Shown here: positions 63,141 through 64,000 of the stretch, in pieces
Layout of the letters: each line of letters begins with the position of its first letter
Numbering within the stretch: the stretch's first letter is position 1
Source of the DNA: a virus
IMG/VR virus record: IMGVR_UViG_3300045988_081431
Coordinates: 1 to 64,000 of that record
Strand: one strand, 5' to 3'
DNA: 64,000 bases
Made by a program: the position numbers and the translations under genes
Notes under the pieces: generated by a model
Database searches by the model: none
Seen by the model: only the letters and a program-made list of their open reading frames with translations
What the model was told of the DNA's origin: nothing

Positions 63141-63219
63141 CCCAAATCCAAAAAATTAAAAACCAAAAATTAAAAAACAAGATTTCAAAAAATAAAACCC
63201 AAGAAAAACACATTGGTTA

Positions 63220-63249
63220 TTGACAACACAAACCGTCTTGTGTTATTCT
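63220..63249 (+). promoter_or_regulatory. candidate extended -10 promoter firing into ORF-free DNA
   Basis: TTGACA, 18-nt spacer (containing the inverted repeat ACACAA..TTGTGT) ending in TGt, TATTCT. About 70 bp of A-tracts lie upstream. Confidence 0.4.
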
Positions 63250-63696
63250 ATAAATGACAACAGATTGCAAACGCATGTAAACACCAACATTGTGTGATGC
63301 ATCCCAAACACATCACACAGGCAATCATACCACCATTCACCACACGGAAATGTTCATGCGTTTCATCTACTGTTGTCACAGAAATCAAATACCACCGCAT
63401 AAAAACCATGGCGAACACCTGCATGAAACAAACGTGCATCCGCAGCATATATGCTTATACATTATACGTTCGCTATGTGTCCACGTTTTATGCGGTGGTA
63501 TTTTTTTTATTGGTATATGCCGTGGTATTGAATAAACGTACATATGTGTCGATGATATATGTATTTATCTATTGATGTGTATTGTGGTGTGTTCATGGGT
63601 TGTTATATTGATAAACCACGGATGATACGATTAACATCAACAATCGAACATCTGTTTGTTTTAATCTTCTATGATGCCACGTGGCAGCACCCATAA

Positions 63697-63712
63697 ATGA
63701 ACATATGTTCAT
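63697..63712. promoter_or_regulatory. SOS-box-like palindrome, copy 4 (perfect 16-bp palindrome)
   Basis: ATGAACATATGTTCAT. The core GAACATATGTTC is identical to the centre of the B. subtilis consensus CGAACATATGTTCG. Confidence 0.45.
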
Positions 63713-63751
63713 ACGACCGCATCATCTCGTGAAATTCATTTATTTGCGTTG

Positions 63752-63945
63752 TACGGTGGTTTTCACATATGGGGTATACAAATATACCACCGTGGATATA
63801 AACACACCGTATAAACGATTTAAATCAATTCTGTGGTGGTTTTTACTGTTTATATATATGATTTTGTCCACGGATTTTTACATTTGTATATATCTATATA
63901 TATATGTCCACGGTATTTTACATATGTATATATATATATATATAT
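63752..63945 (+). repeat. iteron-like array (CCACGG / GGTGG + TTTTAC + TATATAT units, period about 39 bp) ending in a (TA)n tract
   Basis: - Units start at 63752, 63829, 63866 and 63905, with an inverted unit at 63784.
- The two best copies are TGTCCACGGATTTTTACATTTGTATATAT (63866-63894) and TGTCCACGGTATTTTACATATGTATATAT (63905-63933).
- The (TA)n run spans about 63927-63945. Confidence 0.75.
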
Positions 63946-64000
63946 CCCACCTATTATATATACGTTCATATATTGATATACATATTTGTTTTTTCAAGCT

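Noticed and set aside
63248-63575. ORFs 63290-63535, 63294-63575 (+) and 63248-63448 (-) at the right end
   Set aside because: These mutually overlapping ORFs have His/Cys/Thr-rich translations derived from C/A-rich repeats, with no RBS. I treat them as non-coding.
1-64000. Integrated prophage with att sites, or identical direct terminal repeats at the two window ends
   Set aside because: I recognised no bacterial genes at either edge. The first and last few hundred bases share motif families but are not the same sequence, so neither att duplications nor a terminal redundancy can be called from this window.

Overview
The window reads as an essentially complete tailed dsDNA phage genome. It looks siphovirus-like, with a lambda/GTA-type tail tip, and I recognised no bacterial flanking genes. 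All calls come from reading the sequence and ORF track by eye; no BLAST, HMM, tRNAscan or folding was run.

Layout:
- 1-2050 and 63150-64000: ORF-free, repeat-dense DNA with palindromes, iterons, a (TA)n tract and candidate small transcripts.
- 2091-2898 (-): a small membrane protein and a catalytic-domain-only tyrosine recombinase.
- 3006-27769 (+): the late arm, in the order terS-like, terL, portal, scaffold, major capsid, head-tail joining genes, tail tube, G/GT chaperone with an A9 slippery run, 1658-aa tape measure, tip module (NlpC/P60, DUF2460-like, gpL/BR0599-like, 1486-aa gpJ-like), fibre, and a lysis cassette (holin, Amidase_2 endolysin, membrane/coiled-coil proteins).
- 27893-32284 (-): a DnaE-type polymerase interrupted by a 412-aa LAGLIDADG intein.
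- 32408-63140 (+): about 70 early or replication genes in short operons, driven by near-consensus TTGACA-17-TATAAT promoters and closed by hairpin terminators. Recognisable products are SSB, primase, DnaB-like helicase, Cas4-like nuclease, dNMP kinase, RusA, dUTPase, ThyX, a sigma-like protein, a metallophosphoesterase and three DNA methyltransferase-type genes (one frameshifted).
- 44339-45542: a 1.2-kb promoter-to-terminator non-coding unit carrying tRNA-Ser(GCU), tRNA-Asn(GUU) and tRNA-Ser(UGA) plus extra structured RNA.

Most noteworthy observations:
- the non-coding tRNA operon with tRNA-like decoys and an internal tandem duplication;
- a roughly 310-nt promoter/terminator-bounded unit packed with GTAT(G/T)AATAC palindromes (33124-33467);
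- two fully overlapping 145-aa and 161-aa ORFs in the lysis cassette;
- a module of a Cys-cluster (radical-SAM-like?) protein followed by two tandem paralogues sharing an N-terminal FETNSSSxHS motif;
- a DUF2829/Tad2-like candidate anti-defence operon;
- SOS-box-like palindromes and an iteron array confined to the ORF-free termini.

The host is unknown. The tail-tip and lysis architecture suggest a diderm host and the SOS-box type suggests Firmicutes; this is weak inference only.
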